DNA of 64,000 bases, from contig CAWCCZ010000003.1 of assembly GCA_963794275.1 (NCBI GenBank), positions 1,224,667-1,288,666 of the forward strand. Direction: 5' to 3'. The first letter of the stretch is position 1, and every line of letters begins with the position of its first letter. The notes under the pieces were generated by a model. That model searched no databases, was not told the DNA's origin, and worked only from the letters and a program-made list of their open reading frames with translations. The translations under genes and the position numbers were made by a program. This document shows positions 38,744 to 49,006 of this stretch, piece by piece. This stretch comes from an uncultured Solirubrobacteraceae bacterium. GTDB lineage: Bacteria; Actinomycetota; Thermoleophilia; Solirubrobacterales; Solirubrobacteraceae.

Positions 38744-39787
38744 TCAGCGGTAGCGCTCGACGACCGCGTCGGCGACCAGATCGAGCAGCTCTGCGCGGCC
38801 GTCCGGGAGCATCGCTGGAAGCGTCGACTTCGCCTCCGCGACGAGCTCGAGCGCCCTCTCGCGAGCCTCGTCCAGCGCGCCCGTCGCGGCAATGCGCTCA
38901 CACAGCGTTTGCGCCTGCTCGGGCCCCTCGAGCAGCGCCAGATCGAACGACGCCAGCTGCGCGTCGCGTTCACGCGCAAGGATCAACGGCAGCGTCACTG
39001 TCCCGTCGAGCAGGTCTGTCCCGCGTGCCTTGCCGGTCCGCTCCACCGGGCCGGACACGTCGAGCACGTCGTCGAGCATCTGAAACGCAAGACCGGTGCG
39101 GCGGGCAAACGCTCCGAGTGCCTGCGCGAGCGCAGCCGACGGGCGCGCCGCCGCGAGCGCACCCAGCCTGCACGCAGCCTCGAACAGCGCGGCCGTCTTC
39201 AGCTCGCAGCGGGTGAGATAGCGCTCGACAGCGACGTCGGCCGCGTAGGCGTCCTCGCGCTGCAGGAGCTCTCCCGCCGCGAGCGCCGAGCTGGCGTCTG
39301 AGAGAGCACGCAGCTGAGCCGTGTCGTCGTTGCGAGCGAGCTCCGCGAACGCGCGCGAGAACAGCAGATCGCCGGTCGCCACCGCCACGCGACGCCCGGC
39401 CACCGCAGCGACCGTCGGGTGACCGCGCCGCAGCTCCGCGCCGTCGATCAGATCGTCGTGGACGAGCGTCGCCGAGTGCACGAGCTCGACCGCAACCGCC
39501 GCGCGCACCAGCCGCTCCTCCCCCTCGACCGTGGCCGGCGGACCGCCGGCCGACTCGGCCGCGAGCATCACGAGCAGCGGGCGCAGGCGCTTGCCGCCGG
39601 CCATGATCGTGGCGTTGGCGTGTGAAGCCAGCGGTGCTCCCGCCCGCGCGGTGAGTTGGTCCAGGCGCCGCTCGGCGCGCGCCATGCGACGGCGCAGCCT
39701 TTCGCCCGCGCGGTCCAGGATGGCCTCGAGCCCGTCCAGATCGCCAGTGGGTACGCTCGCCGCTGTGCCGTGCACCGCGCTCATCAT
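38744..39787 (-). CDS. Polyprenyl diphosphate synthase (HepT-like)
   Basis: Motifs GGKRLRP, HDDLID..RRG, KTA and FQMLDDVLD. Confidence 0.92.
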   Translation of the reverse strand: MMSAVHGTAASVPTGDLDGLEAILDRAGERLRRRMARAERRLDQLTARAGAPLASHANATIMAGGKRLRPLLVMLAAESAGGPPATVEGEERLVRAAVAVELVHSATLVHDDLIDGAELRRGHPTVAAVAGRRVAVATGDLLFSRAFAELARNDDTAQLRALSDASSALAAGELLQREDAYAADVAVERYLTRCELKTAALFEAACRLGALAAARPSAALAQALGAFARRTGLAFQMLDDVLDVSGPVERTGKARGTDLLDGTVTLPLILARERDAQLASFDLALLEGPEQAQTLCERIAATGALDEARERALELVAEAKSTLPAMLPDGRAELLDLVADAVVERYR

Positions 39788-40578
39788 GCCCTTTCCGCGG
39801 GTACCGTGCCAGCGTGAATTGCGACGATGCCGCCCGCGGTGATGAGATAGGTGATCTGCTCGAGCCCCGCGCGCTCCATCTCGCCAGCCAGCGCGTGCGG
39901 CCCCGGGAAGCGTCTCACGGAGTTCGGCAGGTACTCGTAGGCCGCGGCGACAGAGCCCCGCAGGGACCCGCTGCCCGCGCGTGACCCGAGCGCGAGGCCG
40001 CTGCCCGCGAGTCGCCCGAGAACCGGCACCATGCGATCGAACCACACGCTGTAGAAGTGCGACAGCGGAGCGCTGGTGGGAGTTGTGATCTCAAGCACCA
40101 CCACGCGGCCGCCCGGCCGCACCACGCGCGTCATCTCCGCCAGCCCGCGCGAGAGGTCCTCGAAGTTGCGAGCGCCGAAGCCCACGGTGGCGGCGTCGAA
40201 GGAATCCGCCGCGTAGGGCAGCGCCATCGCGTCGGCGAACTCGAAACGCGGCCGGATCGAGCCCGGTCGCTCGGCGGCGGCCTTGGCGCGGGCGCGGTCG
40301 AGCATCGCCTCGGCGAAGTCGCTGCCGAGCACCTCGCCGCCCGGCCAAGCTCGCCGAGCAAGCTCGAGCGCGAGATCACCGGTGCCGGTTGCCACGTCGA
40401 GCACGCGACTGCCGGGCCCGACGTCGGCCAGATCGGCGGCACGGGCGCGCCAGCGATGGTGAAGGCCGGCGGTCATCGCCGTGTTCATCAGGTCGTACAC
40501 GCCCGCGATGCGATCGAACATCGCGCTGACCTGGCCCGCTTTGAGCGTCCCGGCCTCGTGGCCGTGCGTAGCGGGCAT
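39784..40578 (-). CDS. menG: Demethylmenaquinone methyltransferase
   Basis: Motifs MFDRIAGVYDLMN, LDVATGTGD, FGARNF and YLPNSV. Confidence 0.92.
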   Translation of the reverse strand: MPATHGHEAGTLKAGQVSAMFDRIAGVYDLMNTAMTAGLHHRWRARAADLADVGPGSRVLDVATGTGDLALELARRAWPGGEVLGSDFAEAMLDRARAKAAAERPGSIRPRFEFADAMALPYAADSFDAATVGFGARNFEDLSRGLAEMTRVVRPGGRVVVLEITTPTSAPLSHFYSVWFDRMVPVLGRLAGSGLALGSRAGSGSLRGSVAAAYEYLPNSVRRFPGPHALAGEMERAGLEQITYLITAGGIVAIHAGTVPAERA

Positions 40579-40589
40579 GGGGGGCAGCG

Positions 40590-41324
40590 CTACTTCAGCT
40601 GCGCGAGGAACGCCGTTATCGATTCGAACTGCTTCGGCGGCAGGTTCTTGAAGGAGGGCATCGGCGCCGTCGGGTTGACGAGCGTCCGTGCGATTCCCTG
40701 GCGCGGGAGCCGCGAGGCAATATGGGTGAGGTCGGGACCGGGCCCGGCGTTGCCGTTGTCGCCCAGCTTGTGGCACGCCAGGCAGCCGTGGCTGGCGACC
40801 ACCGCCCTGCCGGCTTCGAATTCGGCCAGGATCGGGCCGCCCGCCTGCGTGACGTGGGCCGGGGTGGGGATTTCCACCGCAAACGGCGAGCCCGTGTTGG
40901 CGCCCGAGTAGGTCAGGTACGCCATCGTCCCGATCACCGCGATGCCCGTCAGGGTGGCGATCGGCCGGCGCTCCGGCCGGCGCTCCGGACCGCGGTCGTA
41001 GAAGGGCAGCAGGAACAACAGGATCATGCCCAGGGTGGGGATCCCGATCGTCGCGAGCGGCACGAGGCTCGGCGGCTTGATCACGCGCAGCACCTCGAAC
41101 AGGAAGAAGAAGTACCACTCCGGCCGCGGCACGTAGGTGGTCGTGGTCGGGTTCGCCTTCGAGCCAAGCTCGGCGCCCAGCACCAGCGACATCGTGATGA
41201 TCACGGCCATCACCACGCACGCCATGGCGGCGTCCTTCGCCACGGCGTAGGGGAAGAACGGCTTGCCTTTTGCCTTCAGGATCGCGTATTCGCGGAGGTA
41301 GGCCTCCTTCTCGCGCCTGTTCAT
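40590..41324 (-). CDS. qcrC: Menaquinol:cytochrome c reductase subunit IV fused to a monoheme cytochrome c
   Basis: PEWY motif, three TM segments, CLACH, and MP axial Met. Confidence 0.88.
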   Translation of the reverse strand: MNRREKEAYLREYAILKAKGKPFFPYAVAKDAAMACVVMAVIITMSLVLGAELGSKANPTTTTYVPRPEWYFFFLFEVLRVIKPPSLVPLATIGIPTLGMILLFLLPFYDRGPERRPERRPIATLTGIAVIGTMAYLTYSGANTGSPFAVEIPTPAHVTQAGGPILAEFEAGRAVVASHGCLACHKLGDNGNAGPGPDLTHIASRLPRQGIARTLVNPTAPMPSFKNLPPKQFESITAFLAQLK

Positions 41325-41328
41325 CGAC

Positions 41329-42141
41329 CTAGACCTCCGCCTCGCGCAGCTCTGGATCGGTGTCGGCCTTCTCCCAGGGGGGGGCCGTCGTACCGAGCTT
41401 CGCGACCAGGTACAGGTGCGCGCCGATCAGCGCGATCAGGAGCCCTGGAATCAGCAGCATGTGGATCGAATAGAAGCGCGACAGCGTGGTCGCGCCGAAT
41501 TCTGAGCCGCCTCGCAGGAAGTCGCTCAGGTAGGGGCCGAGCAGCGGGCCGGTGCCGTTGATGTTGACGCCGACGATCGTCGCCCAGTACGCGCGCTGGT
41601 CGAACGGCAGCAGGTAGCCGGTGAAGGACATCACCATCGTCAGAATCAGCAGCACCACGCCGATCACCCAGTTGAGCTCGCGCGGGTACTTATACGCACC
41701 GAAGAAGAACGTCCTGCCCATGTGCAGGAAGACGAGGATCACCATCACGCTCGATCCCCACTTGTGCATGCCGCGCACGAACTGCCCGAGGAACACGTCG
41801 TTGGTGACGTAGCGAATCGATTCGTAGGCGCCGCCGGAGGCGTCGGGGCGGTAGTACATCGCCAGGAACACGCCGGTGACGGCCTGCGAGAGGAACGCGA
41901 ACATGGTCGCCGAGCCGAGCGTGTAGAACCAGTTGGTGCCCTTGGGCACCTTGCGGAACATCAGCCAGCGCCCGGCGCCGCTCAGCGACGTGCGCTCATC
42001 GACCCAGTCGACGACCGTTGCGCCCGCCTCGAGCGCACCGTCCACCGGGCCGAGCCTGCCGTTGCCCTCGCCGGGCGGCGGCGGGGGAGCCTGCAGCGGA
42101 CCGGGCAGGGGCGGGGCGGGAAGCTTTGGCAGTCGCGGCAT
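41329..42141 (-). CDS. qcrB: Cytochrome b6-like subunit
   Basis: Motifs RGMHKW, FLHMGR, SFTGYLLP and FYSIHM...AHL. Confidence 0.92.
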   Translation of the reverse strand: MPRLPKLPAPPLPGPLQAPPPPPGEGNGRLGPVDGALEAGATVVDWVDERTSLSGAGRWLMFRKVPKGTNWFYTLGSATMFAFLSQAVTGVFLAMYYRPDASGGAYESIRYVTNDVFLGQFVRGMHKWGSSVMVILVFLHMGRTFFFGAYKYPRELNWVIGVVLLILTMVMSFTGYLLPFDQRAYWATIVGVNINGTGPLLGPYLSDFLRGGSEFGATTLSRFYSIHMLLIPGLLIALIGAHLYLVAKLGTTAPPWEKADTDPELREAEV

Positions 42142-42155
42142 GATCGCCCTCTAGC

Positions 42156-42821
42156 TCACAGTTTCTGCGCGCCGGGCCGCGATGGATACAGGTACTGGCC
42201 GATCCCGTCGAGCGGCTCGCCGGGGTCGCGCGGGGAGAAGCGCCGCAGCTCGCTGTTGACCGAGAAGCGGGGGCCAACTTCCACGTTTTCGCCGTTCACG
42301 CGCGTGTAGAAGCGATCGAGCGGCCGCGGTGGCGGGCCGCCGACTCGGCGGCCGAGCAGGTCGTACACGCCGCCGTGGCACGGGCAGATGAAGCGCTCGG
42401 CCGCGTCCACCCAGCGCACCGGGCAGCCGAGATGCGCACAGCGGCTCGTGATCGCGATGTATGGCGTGTCTTCGTCGTAGGGGTCGGTGTCGATTGCGGG
42501 GTTGTGCTTGCGAATGTAGATCGTGGTGTTGCCGGCCTCGCCGATCCCGGGCGTGAGAGTCACCACGACCGGGACGTAGTTGGTGTCGGTGAACAGCCCG
42601 ACGGGGCCGGCGACCAGCCAGCGGACTGGCGTGCTTTTGAAGATCGGGCCGATCGCGAAGCCGAGCGCGGGCAGCGTGAACGCGCCGGCTGCGATCACGC
42701 CAGCCGCATTGGCGGACCCGGTCATGAACCTGCGCCGCGTAACTGTCTCGCCCTCGAACGCGCCGGGGATTTGGCGGTCGAGCGTGTATTTCGACTTGTG
42801 CTTTGCGCGCTTGTCCTGCAC
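42156..42821 (-). CDS. qcrA: Rieske iron-sulfur subunit
   Basis: Tat motif TRRRFM; CAHLGC; CPCHGG; own TATTGT -10 before the GTG. Confidence 0.9.
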   Translation of the reverse strand: MQDKRAKHKSKYTLDRQIPGAFEGETVTRRRFMTGSANAAGVIAAGAFTLPALGFAIGPIFKSTPVRWLVAGPVGLFTDTNYVPVVVTLTPGIGEAGNTTIYIRKHNPAIDTDPYDEDTPYIAITSRCAHLGCPVRWVDAAERFICPCHGGVYDLLGRRVGGPPPRPLDRFYTRVNGENVEVGPRFSVNSELRRFSPRDPGEPLDGIGQYLYPSRPGAQKL

Positions 42822-43397
42822 CGCGGCAAACAATATCGAGGCGGGATTCAGGGCGAAGCAGCGGCGGCGGCTGGCGCTTGTGCGCATCGCCTCGAACGCG
42901 CCGGGCGCGCCCGCGAACACGAGCTCCTTGGCGCGGCCGTGAGCCTCGCTCGGGCCCCAGCCGACCGCGCGCGCACCGGCAGCCCAGATCGCATCGGCGA
43001 GCTCCGCGTCGCCCGAGCTGTGCGCAAGCGCGCTCAGCGTGATCGTGTCGGCGAGCTCCGCGACCGCGACCGCGTCGCCCAGCGCGACGAGCCGCGCGAG
43101 GCCGATCGCGTAGAGCTGATCGCCTGCCAGCAGGGCAAGATCCGCCTCGGAGGCATGCAGCAGCCGCGGCGAGCCGTAGTGCAGCAGATACCCCTCGTAG
43201 ATCGCCTCGACGAACAGCTCGTACTCCTCGCGCCGCCCCTCCGCGCGCGGACCGCGCGAGGCCGCGAGCGCAGGGCTCGCGGCGCCGCTCTCGCACCCCT
43301 CGCCGGCGACGACGCCGGGGCGCAGCAGCGTCGCCATCAGCCCTCCCTGCGTGACGAGCAGCGTCCTCAGCCGCTCGAGGCCTCGACCCGCGCTCAC
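42822..43397 (-). CDS. Prenyl-synthase-fold hypothetical protein, in frame with qcrA (no stop between them)
   Basis: GTGA overlap with the hemL stop; EAIYEGYLLHY and LLAGDQLYA; no DDxxD. Confidence 0.55.
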
Positions 43398-44710
43398 GAC
43401 CCCGACCTCGCGCCCGAGGCGAGCAGAGAGGGCAGCGCGGCAAACGCGTCGCGTGCCGCCTCGAGCGTGCGCTCGAGCTGCTCGGGGCCGTGCGCGAGCG
43501 AGGGAAACCATGCCTCGAACTGCGACGGCGGTGGATACACGCCATGCCCGATGAGCTCGCGACACCACGCCGCATGGGCGTCGAGGTCGCAGGCCCGTGC
43601 GTCCTCGAACGAGCGCACAGGAAGCTCGCTGAAGAACACAGTGAGAAGCCCGGTGACGCTCGCCACCTGCACGGGGTATCCGGCGGCCGCCGCGCGCAGC
43701 CCCTCCGCGAGCGCTGTGGTCAGCGCGTCCAGACGCTCGTACGCGGCCTCGTCCAGCAGCTCGAGCGTGGCCAGGCCGGCAGCAACCGCCAGCGGATTGC
43801 CCGAGAGCGTTCCCGCCTGATAGACCTCGCCGGCCGGCGCGAGCTGGCTCATGAGATCCGCGCGCCCGCCCACGGCGGCAGCGGGCAGTCCGCCGCCGAT
43901 CACCTTGCCCATGATCGTCAGGTCGGCCCTGACCCCGCTGAGCTGCTGTGCGCCGCCCCGCGCGACGCGAAATCCGCTTATCACCTCGTCGAGCACAAGC
44001 AGCGCGCCATTGACGTCGGCCCGCTCGCGCAGGAGCTCGAGGAAGCCCGGCTCGGGCGCGACGAGCCCCATGTTGGCCGGCAGCGGCTCGGCGAGGATGG
44101 CGGCGAGCTCGTGGCGTTCGCTCGCCTCGATCAGCGCGGCCGGGTCGTTCCACGGCACGAGCACGGTCGTGGCGGCCGCGCTCGCCGGCACGCCCGGGCT
44201 GGCGGGCAGCGCGGCGGTCGCGAGTCCCGAGCCGGCCTCGGCCAGCAGCCCGTCGAGGTGTCCGTGGTAGGCGCCCGTGAACTTGACGATCTTCTCGCGG
44301 CCGCTCGCCGCGCGCGCGAGCCGGACCGCGGTCATGGTCGCCTCCGTGCCCGAGGAGGTCATGCGCAGCATCTCCACGCCGGGCATCCGCCTGGCGACCT
44401 CGAGCGCGAGCTCGACCTCTCCAGCCGTCGGCGCACCGAAGCTCGTGCCGCGCGATGCCGCCTCGGCGACCGCAGCGAGCACGTGCGGATGGGCGTGGCC
44501 GTGGATCAGCGGTCCCCACGAGCACACGTAGTCGATGAAGCGGTTTCCGTCGACGTCGATCAGCTCTGCGCCCTGGCCGCGCTCGATGAAGATCGGCTCG
44601 CGCCCGATCGCACGCATCGCGCGTACGGGCGAGTTGACCCCGCCGGGAAGCACGCACAGTGCACGCTCGTAGAGCGCGGCCGAGCGCGCAAACGTGAGCG
44701 GCGCCGTCAC
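43394..44710 (-). CDS. hemL: Glutamate-1-semialdehyde 2,1-aminomutase
   Basis: Motifs PGGVNSPVRA, SGTEA, DEVISGFR, GKVIGGGLP and YQAGTLSGNP. Confidence 0.96.
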   Translation of the reverse strand: MTAPLTFARSAALYERALCVLPGGVNSPVRAMRAIGREPIFIERGQGAELIDVDGNRFIDYVCSWGPLIHGHAHPHVLAAVAEAASRGTSFGAPTAGEVELALEVARRMPGVEMLRMTSSGTEATMTAVRLARAASGREKIVKFTGAYHGHLDGLLAEAGSGLATAALPASPGVPASAAATTVLVPWNDPAALIEASERHELAAILAEPLPANMGLVAPEPGFLELLRERADVNGALLVLDEVISGFRVARGGAQQLSGVRADLTIMGKVIGGGLPAAAVGGRADLMSQLAPAGEVYQAGTLSGNPLAVAAGLATLELLDEAAYERLDALTTALAEGLRAAAAGYPVQVASVTGLLTVFFSELPVRSFEDARACDLDAHAAWCRELIGHGVYPPPSQFEAWFPSLAHGPEQLERTLEAARDAFAALPSLLASGARSGS

Positions 44711-44781
44711 GTCTCTAACGGTATCGGCGCTCGGGTGCGGGCCGCGGTGACCTCGGGCTCAGCCGCGCGGCACGCGGGCGC

Positions 44782-45901
44782 TCATTCGTGCCGGCGCTCC
44801 CAGTCCGAGAACGCCTCGGTGAAGTAGAGCAGCCTGATCTTCTTGAACTCGGTCGAGGAGTAGAGCGTCGCGCGCTCCTCGATGCCCGTTTTCTCTGCGA
44901 TCGCGTCGAGCACCGCGTCGCACTCCTCCTTGGAGCGCCCGTGCGCCATCGTGAAGACCGAGTAGGGCCAGTCCTTGTATGTCGGGCGCTGGTAGCAGTG
45001 GGAGATCCCGCGCACGGCGGCCATCGCGCAGCCGACATCGAGGATCTGCTCGTCGGGCACGTTCCACACGCCCATCCCGTTTGCCGAGAATCCCGCGCGC
45101 CGGTGGTAGAGGATCGCCGCGACGCGACGCAGCAGGCCACGCTCGCGCATACCCTCGAGGTGCTCGAGAAAGCCGCTCTGAGCTCATGCCGAGCTGCGCT
45201 GCGGCGGGCGCATAGGGCTCGGGCACCACCGGCATATCGCCCTGCAGCGCGCGGATCACCGCGATGTCGCGCTCGTCGTATGGCTGGCGCTCGAGCTCGA
45301 CCGGCGCGTTCGCCTGGGCGGAGGCGGCGAGTGCCTCGGTGTCGCCCTCCATCTCCAGGTCCATGCGGATCTTGAAGAGCTTGAGCGTCGGCAGCTGGCG
45401 CACCGACTCGGCTCCCGCCTCGCGCGCAAGCACCTCGAGCGTGCCGTCGAGACCCAGTCGCGAATCGGGCTCGGTGGCGATCGTGAACCACAGGTTGAAG
45501 TCGTGGTTGCGAAGGTAGTTGTGCGACACGCCGGGGTGTTCGTTGATCACGCCGGCGGCGCGGTGTGGGTGCTCGGGGTCGACCTTCGCGGCGACCAGCA
45601 TCGAGGAGTAGCCGAGCGCGCGCGTGTCGAAGATCGGGGTGACCTGGCGAATGATGCGCTTTTGCAACAGGTGCGCGACACGGTCCATCGTCTGCTGCTC
45701 GGAGAGCCCGCAGCGCTCGGCCACGTGCAGGTACGGGCGCGGCGCGATCGGGAAGCTGCCCTGCATCAGGTTGAGCAGCTTGCGGTCGAGCTCGTCGAGC
45801 GGGACGGCCGCTCCGTCCTTGCGAGCGCGCACCTTGGCGCTCGCCGCCGCGGCGCGAGCGCCATCCTCGTCGCGGCCGATCAGCTCTGCTCGGCCAGCCA
45901 T
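44782..45901 (-). CDS. Fused siroheme decarboxylase AhbA-AhbB (NirDL/GH-like), frameshift at ~45170
   Basis: Two AsnC-like units: [12 protein letters not shown] and [25 protein letters not shown]. Confidence 0.85.
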
Positions 45902-46875
45902 CGTGCGGCGTCCTTGGCGTGGTAGGAGATGATCGTGTCGGCACCGGCGCGGCGCAGCGAGGTGAGGATCTCGAGCACCGCCGAGCGCTCGTCGAGGTAG
46001 CCGGCTGCGGCTGCGGCCTTCACCATCGCGTACTCGCCGCTCACGTTGTATGCGGCAACCGGCAGGCGGGTGGCGCGCTTGACGGCGCGGATCAGATCGC
46101 CGTAGGCGAGCGCCGGCTTCACCATCAGCATGTCGGCTCCCTCGCGCACGTCGAGCAGCGCCTCGCGCACCGCCTCGCGCCCGTTGGCCGGATCCATCTG
46201 ATAGCCGCGCCTGTCGCCGAACGCCGGCGTCGAGCCGGCCGCCTCGCGGAACGGCCCGTAGAAGGCCGACGCGAACTTCGCCGAGTAGGCGAGGATCGGC
46301 GTTTCGGAGAAGCCCTCCTCGTCGAGCGCCTCGCGGATCGCCGCGACGCGTCCGTCCATCATGTCCGAGGGCGCGAGGACGTCGGCGCCGGCGCGCGCGT
46401 GGCTGACGGCGGTGCGCGCCAGCAGCTCCAGCGTGTGGTCGTTATCGACGCTCCCGTCGCCGCGCAGCACCCCGCAGTGCCCGTGCGTGGTGTACTCGCA
46501 CAGGCACACGTCGGTGAGCACGAGCAGGTCCGGCAGCGCATGCTTGATCGCGCGCACCGCGAGCTGTACCACGCCGTCCTCATCCCACGCCCCCGAGCCC
46601 TGCTCGTCCTTCTCCGCGGGGACCCCGAACAGCATCATCGCGGGGATGCCAAGCGCGGCGGCCTCGCGGGCCTCCTCGACGGCGCGTGACACCGACAGGC
46701 GCGCGACGCCGGGCATCGTCCCGATCGGGTCGCTGCCGCCCGGGGACTGCTCGAGACCCTCGGCGACGAAGGCTGGGAGGATCAGGTCCGACGCGCGCAG
46801 GTCCGTCTCGCGCACCAGCCCGCGCAGCCCTGCGCTGGCCCGCAGTCTGCGCATGCGCGTCTGTGGGAAGGCCAT
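45880..46875 (-). CDS. hemB: Porphobilinogen synthase
   Basis: Motifs [26 protein letters not shown] and AYNVSGEY. Confidence 0.96.
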   Translation of the reverse strand: MAFPQTRMRRLRASAGLRGLVRETDLRASDLILPAFVAEGLEQSPGGSDPIGTMPGVARLSVSRAVEEAREAAALGIPAMMLFGVPAEKDEQGSGAWDEDGVVQLAVRAIKHALPDLLVLTDVCLCEYTTHGHCGVLRGDGSVDNDHTLELLARTAVSHARAGADVLAPSDMMDGRVAAIREALDEEGFSETPILAYSAKFASAFYGPFREAAGSTPAFGDRRGYQMDPANGREAVREALLDVREGADMLMVKPALAYGDLIRAVKRATRLPVAAYNVSGEYAMVKAAAAAGYLDERSAVLEILTSLRRAGADTIISYHAKDAARWLAEQS

Positions 46876-46955
46876 CCCCCTCAGATTAGAGCGTCCTCGG
46901 CGCCGCGTGGGCGCCCTGCGCGTTTGGCGCCGGCGAACGGCGCCGGCCCGCATGC

Positions 46956-48287
46956 TCATTCCGCATTGCGAAGGCCGGCGCGTGCGAGCGCGCCAAACGC
47001 GAGTGCGAGGACGGCGAGGTGCACGATGCTCCCGCCGATGGATGGCGTGGCGCCGTTGACGGCTGCGTCGAGCGCCTGCAGGGCGGCCTTGAAGGGGAAC
47101 AGGAACGAGACCGCGCTGATCGCGTCGTACAGGCCGTGCGCCACCGAGCCGCTGGGCACGAGCGCGAGAAAGGCGAGCGGCAGCGACAGCGCAAAGGCGA
47201 GCAGCGATGCGGCGCGCACCTCGCGGGCCAGGGCGCCGATCGCTACCCCGAGCGCGCCAAACGCAAGCGCAGCGAACGCAAGCGCCACCAGCCACAGGCC
47301 CACGCGGCCCCAGTCCAGGGTCACGAAGGCGCTGATCCCGGCGAGCATCGCGAAGGCGACGATGAAGCCACAGCCCGCCGCGAGCAGAGCCTTCTCGGCG
47401 AGCAACTCGGTGCGCGAGACGAGGCCGCGCACGAGCCGCGCCAGTGAGTGCTCTTCGCGCTCGAGCGCCACTCCGCCCGCGGCCAGCAGGATGCAGATGA
47501 ACATCAGCGAGACGCTGACCGCCACGACCACCGCGAACGTGTTCAGGGGCGTGCGCCGTCCCTGCAGCAGCGAGCTGCGCACGCGGATCGGCTGTCCGAC
47601 GGTGGAGAGCACCTTCTTGCTCACGTTGAGGTTCTGCGCAGCGAAGCTGGCGAAGCCGAGGATCCGCTGGAGCTCCGCGCGCTGGGGCCCCGCGGGGGTC
47701 CGGGCAAGCAGCCGTTCCAGTTCGTGGGGTATCTCGTTCAAGCCGATCAGCCTCGTGGGGGCGCCGAGGATCGACAGGTTGCCGCCGCGTAGCAGCAGGT
47801 CGATCGCGCCGGCCGCGGCCTGCTGGATCTGTTCGGAGAACGTCACGTTTGCCTGCGCGAGGGCAGAGCGGATCTGCGACTGCACGATCGACTGCTCGAG
47901 CGCGTTGCCGTTGTAGATCACTTCCACTTCGCCCTGCTGCGTGCCCGAGGAGATTCGCGCGGCGATGTCTGGTGGGATCACGACCGCGGCGAGCACGTCC
48001 GCCGAGCGCACGTCGCTGATGGCCTGCGCTCGGGAGTGCACGCGCACCGCATCGACCTGGCTGAAGAGCTTCTCGGCGTAGCTCCCGACGCTGACGCGCT
48101 GGCTGCCGACACGCACGGTTTCCCCGGGCGGCGTTTCATCGACGATCGCCACGCGCGGGCGTGAGGGGCTGCGCGAGATGGCCAGTCCGATCAACAGCGC
48201 GATCGCCACCGGATAGAGCAGGAGCACCGCGAGCAACAGGCGCGAGCGACCGAGTATGCGCAGGTCCTTCTGCGCGAGCCACCTCAT
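46956..48287 (-). CDS. ABC-2 transporter permease
   Basis: KDLRIL N-terminus, extracellular loop, ERE motif and multiple TM segments. Confidence 0.85.
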   Translation of the reverse strand: MRWLAQKDLRILGRSRLLLAVLLLYPVAIALLIGLAISRSPSRPRVAIVDETPPGETVRVGSQRVSVGSYAEKLFSQVDAVRVHSRAQAISDVRSADVLAAVVIPPDIAARISSGTQQGEVEVIYNGNALEQSIVQSQIRSALAQANVTFSEQIQQAAAGAIDLLLRGGNLSILGAPTRLIGLNEIPHELERLLARTPAGPQRAELQRILGFASFAAQNLNVSKKVLSTVGQPIRVRSSLLQGRRTPLNTFAVVVAVSVSLMFICILLAAGGVALEREEHSLARLVRGLVSRTELLAEKALLAAGCGFIVAFAMLAGISAFVTLDWGRVGLWLVALAFAALAFGALGVAIGALAREVRAASLLAFALSLPLAFLALVPSGSVAHGLYDAISAVSFLFPFKAALQALDAAVNGATPSIGGSIVHLAVLALAFGALARAGLRNAE

Positions 48288-49006
48288 TGCCCGGCTGTGC
48301 TCTCTGGCTGCTCGCGCGCGGCGAGATAGCTGACGAGGGCGCGCTCGAGGTCCTCGCCCTGGTTCTCCGGAGCCGCCTCGAGCAGCTCGCGGGGAGCGCC
48401 GTCGAAGCAGAGGGCGCCCTCGAACAGAACGATCACGCGGTCCGCGTAGCGCTGGGCCTCGGCCACATTGTGCGTCGAGAAGACGACGCTCGTGCCCTCG
48501 CCGGCAAGAGCTGCGATAAAGCGCCACAGGCGCTCGCGCTGGCCGGGGTCAAGCGACGCCGACGGCTCGTCGAGGGCGAGCACCGGCGGAGACCCGATCA
48601 ATCCGAGCGCTACGTTGACCCGCTGGCGATTGCCACCGGACAGGCGTCCCGCGAGCTCCCCGGAGCGCTCGCGCAGGCCGGTCTGCTCGAGCATGCGCTC
48701 GACGGCTGCGGCGGGCTCGGCGACGCCCTCCAGGCGGGCGAAGAGCTCGAGGTTCTCGGACACCGACAGGCGCGTGTACAGGGCCGGCTGCTGCGGCGCC
48801 CAGCCAACCTCCCGCGGTCCGCGGCTTACGCTGCCCGCATCGGCGCGCTGCACGCCCGCGATGATCGACAGCAGCGTCGTCTTGCCGGCGCCGTTCGGCC
48901 CCACGATCGCGACGAGCTCGCCCGCGCTCACCTCGAAGCTCACGTCTCGCAGGGCCTCGACCTCGCCGTAACTCTTGGCGAGGCCCCGCACGGAGAGGAC
49001 GCTCAC
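48284..49006 (-). CDS. ABC transporter ATP-binding protein
   Basis: Motifs GPNGAGKT, LSGG, LDEP and STH. Confidence 0.93.
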   Translation of the reverse strand: MSVLSVRGLAKSYGEVEALRDVSFEVSAGELVAIVGPNGAGKTTLLSIIAGVQRADAGSVSRGPREVGWAPQQPALYTRLSVSENLELFARLEGVAEPAAAVERMLEQTGLRERSGELAGRLSGGNRQRVNVALGLIGSPPVLALDEPSASLDPGQRERLWRFIAALAGEGTSVVFSTHNVAEAQRYADRVIVLFEGALCFDGAPRELLEAAPENQGEDLERALVSYLAAREQPESTAGQ

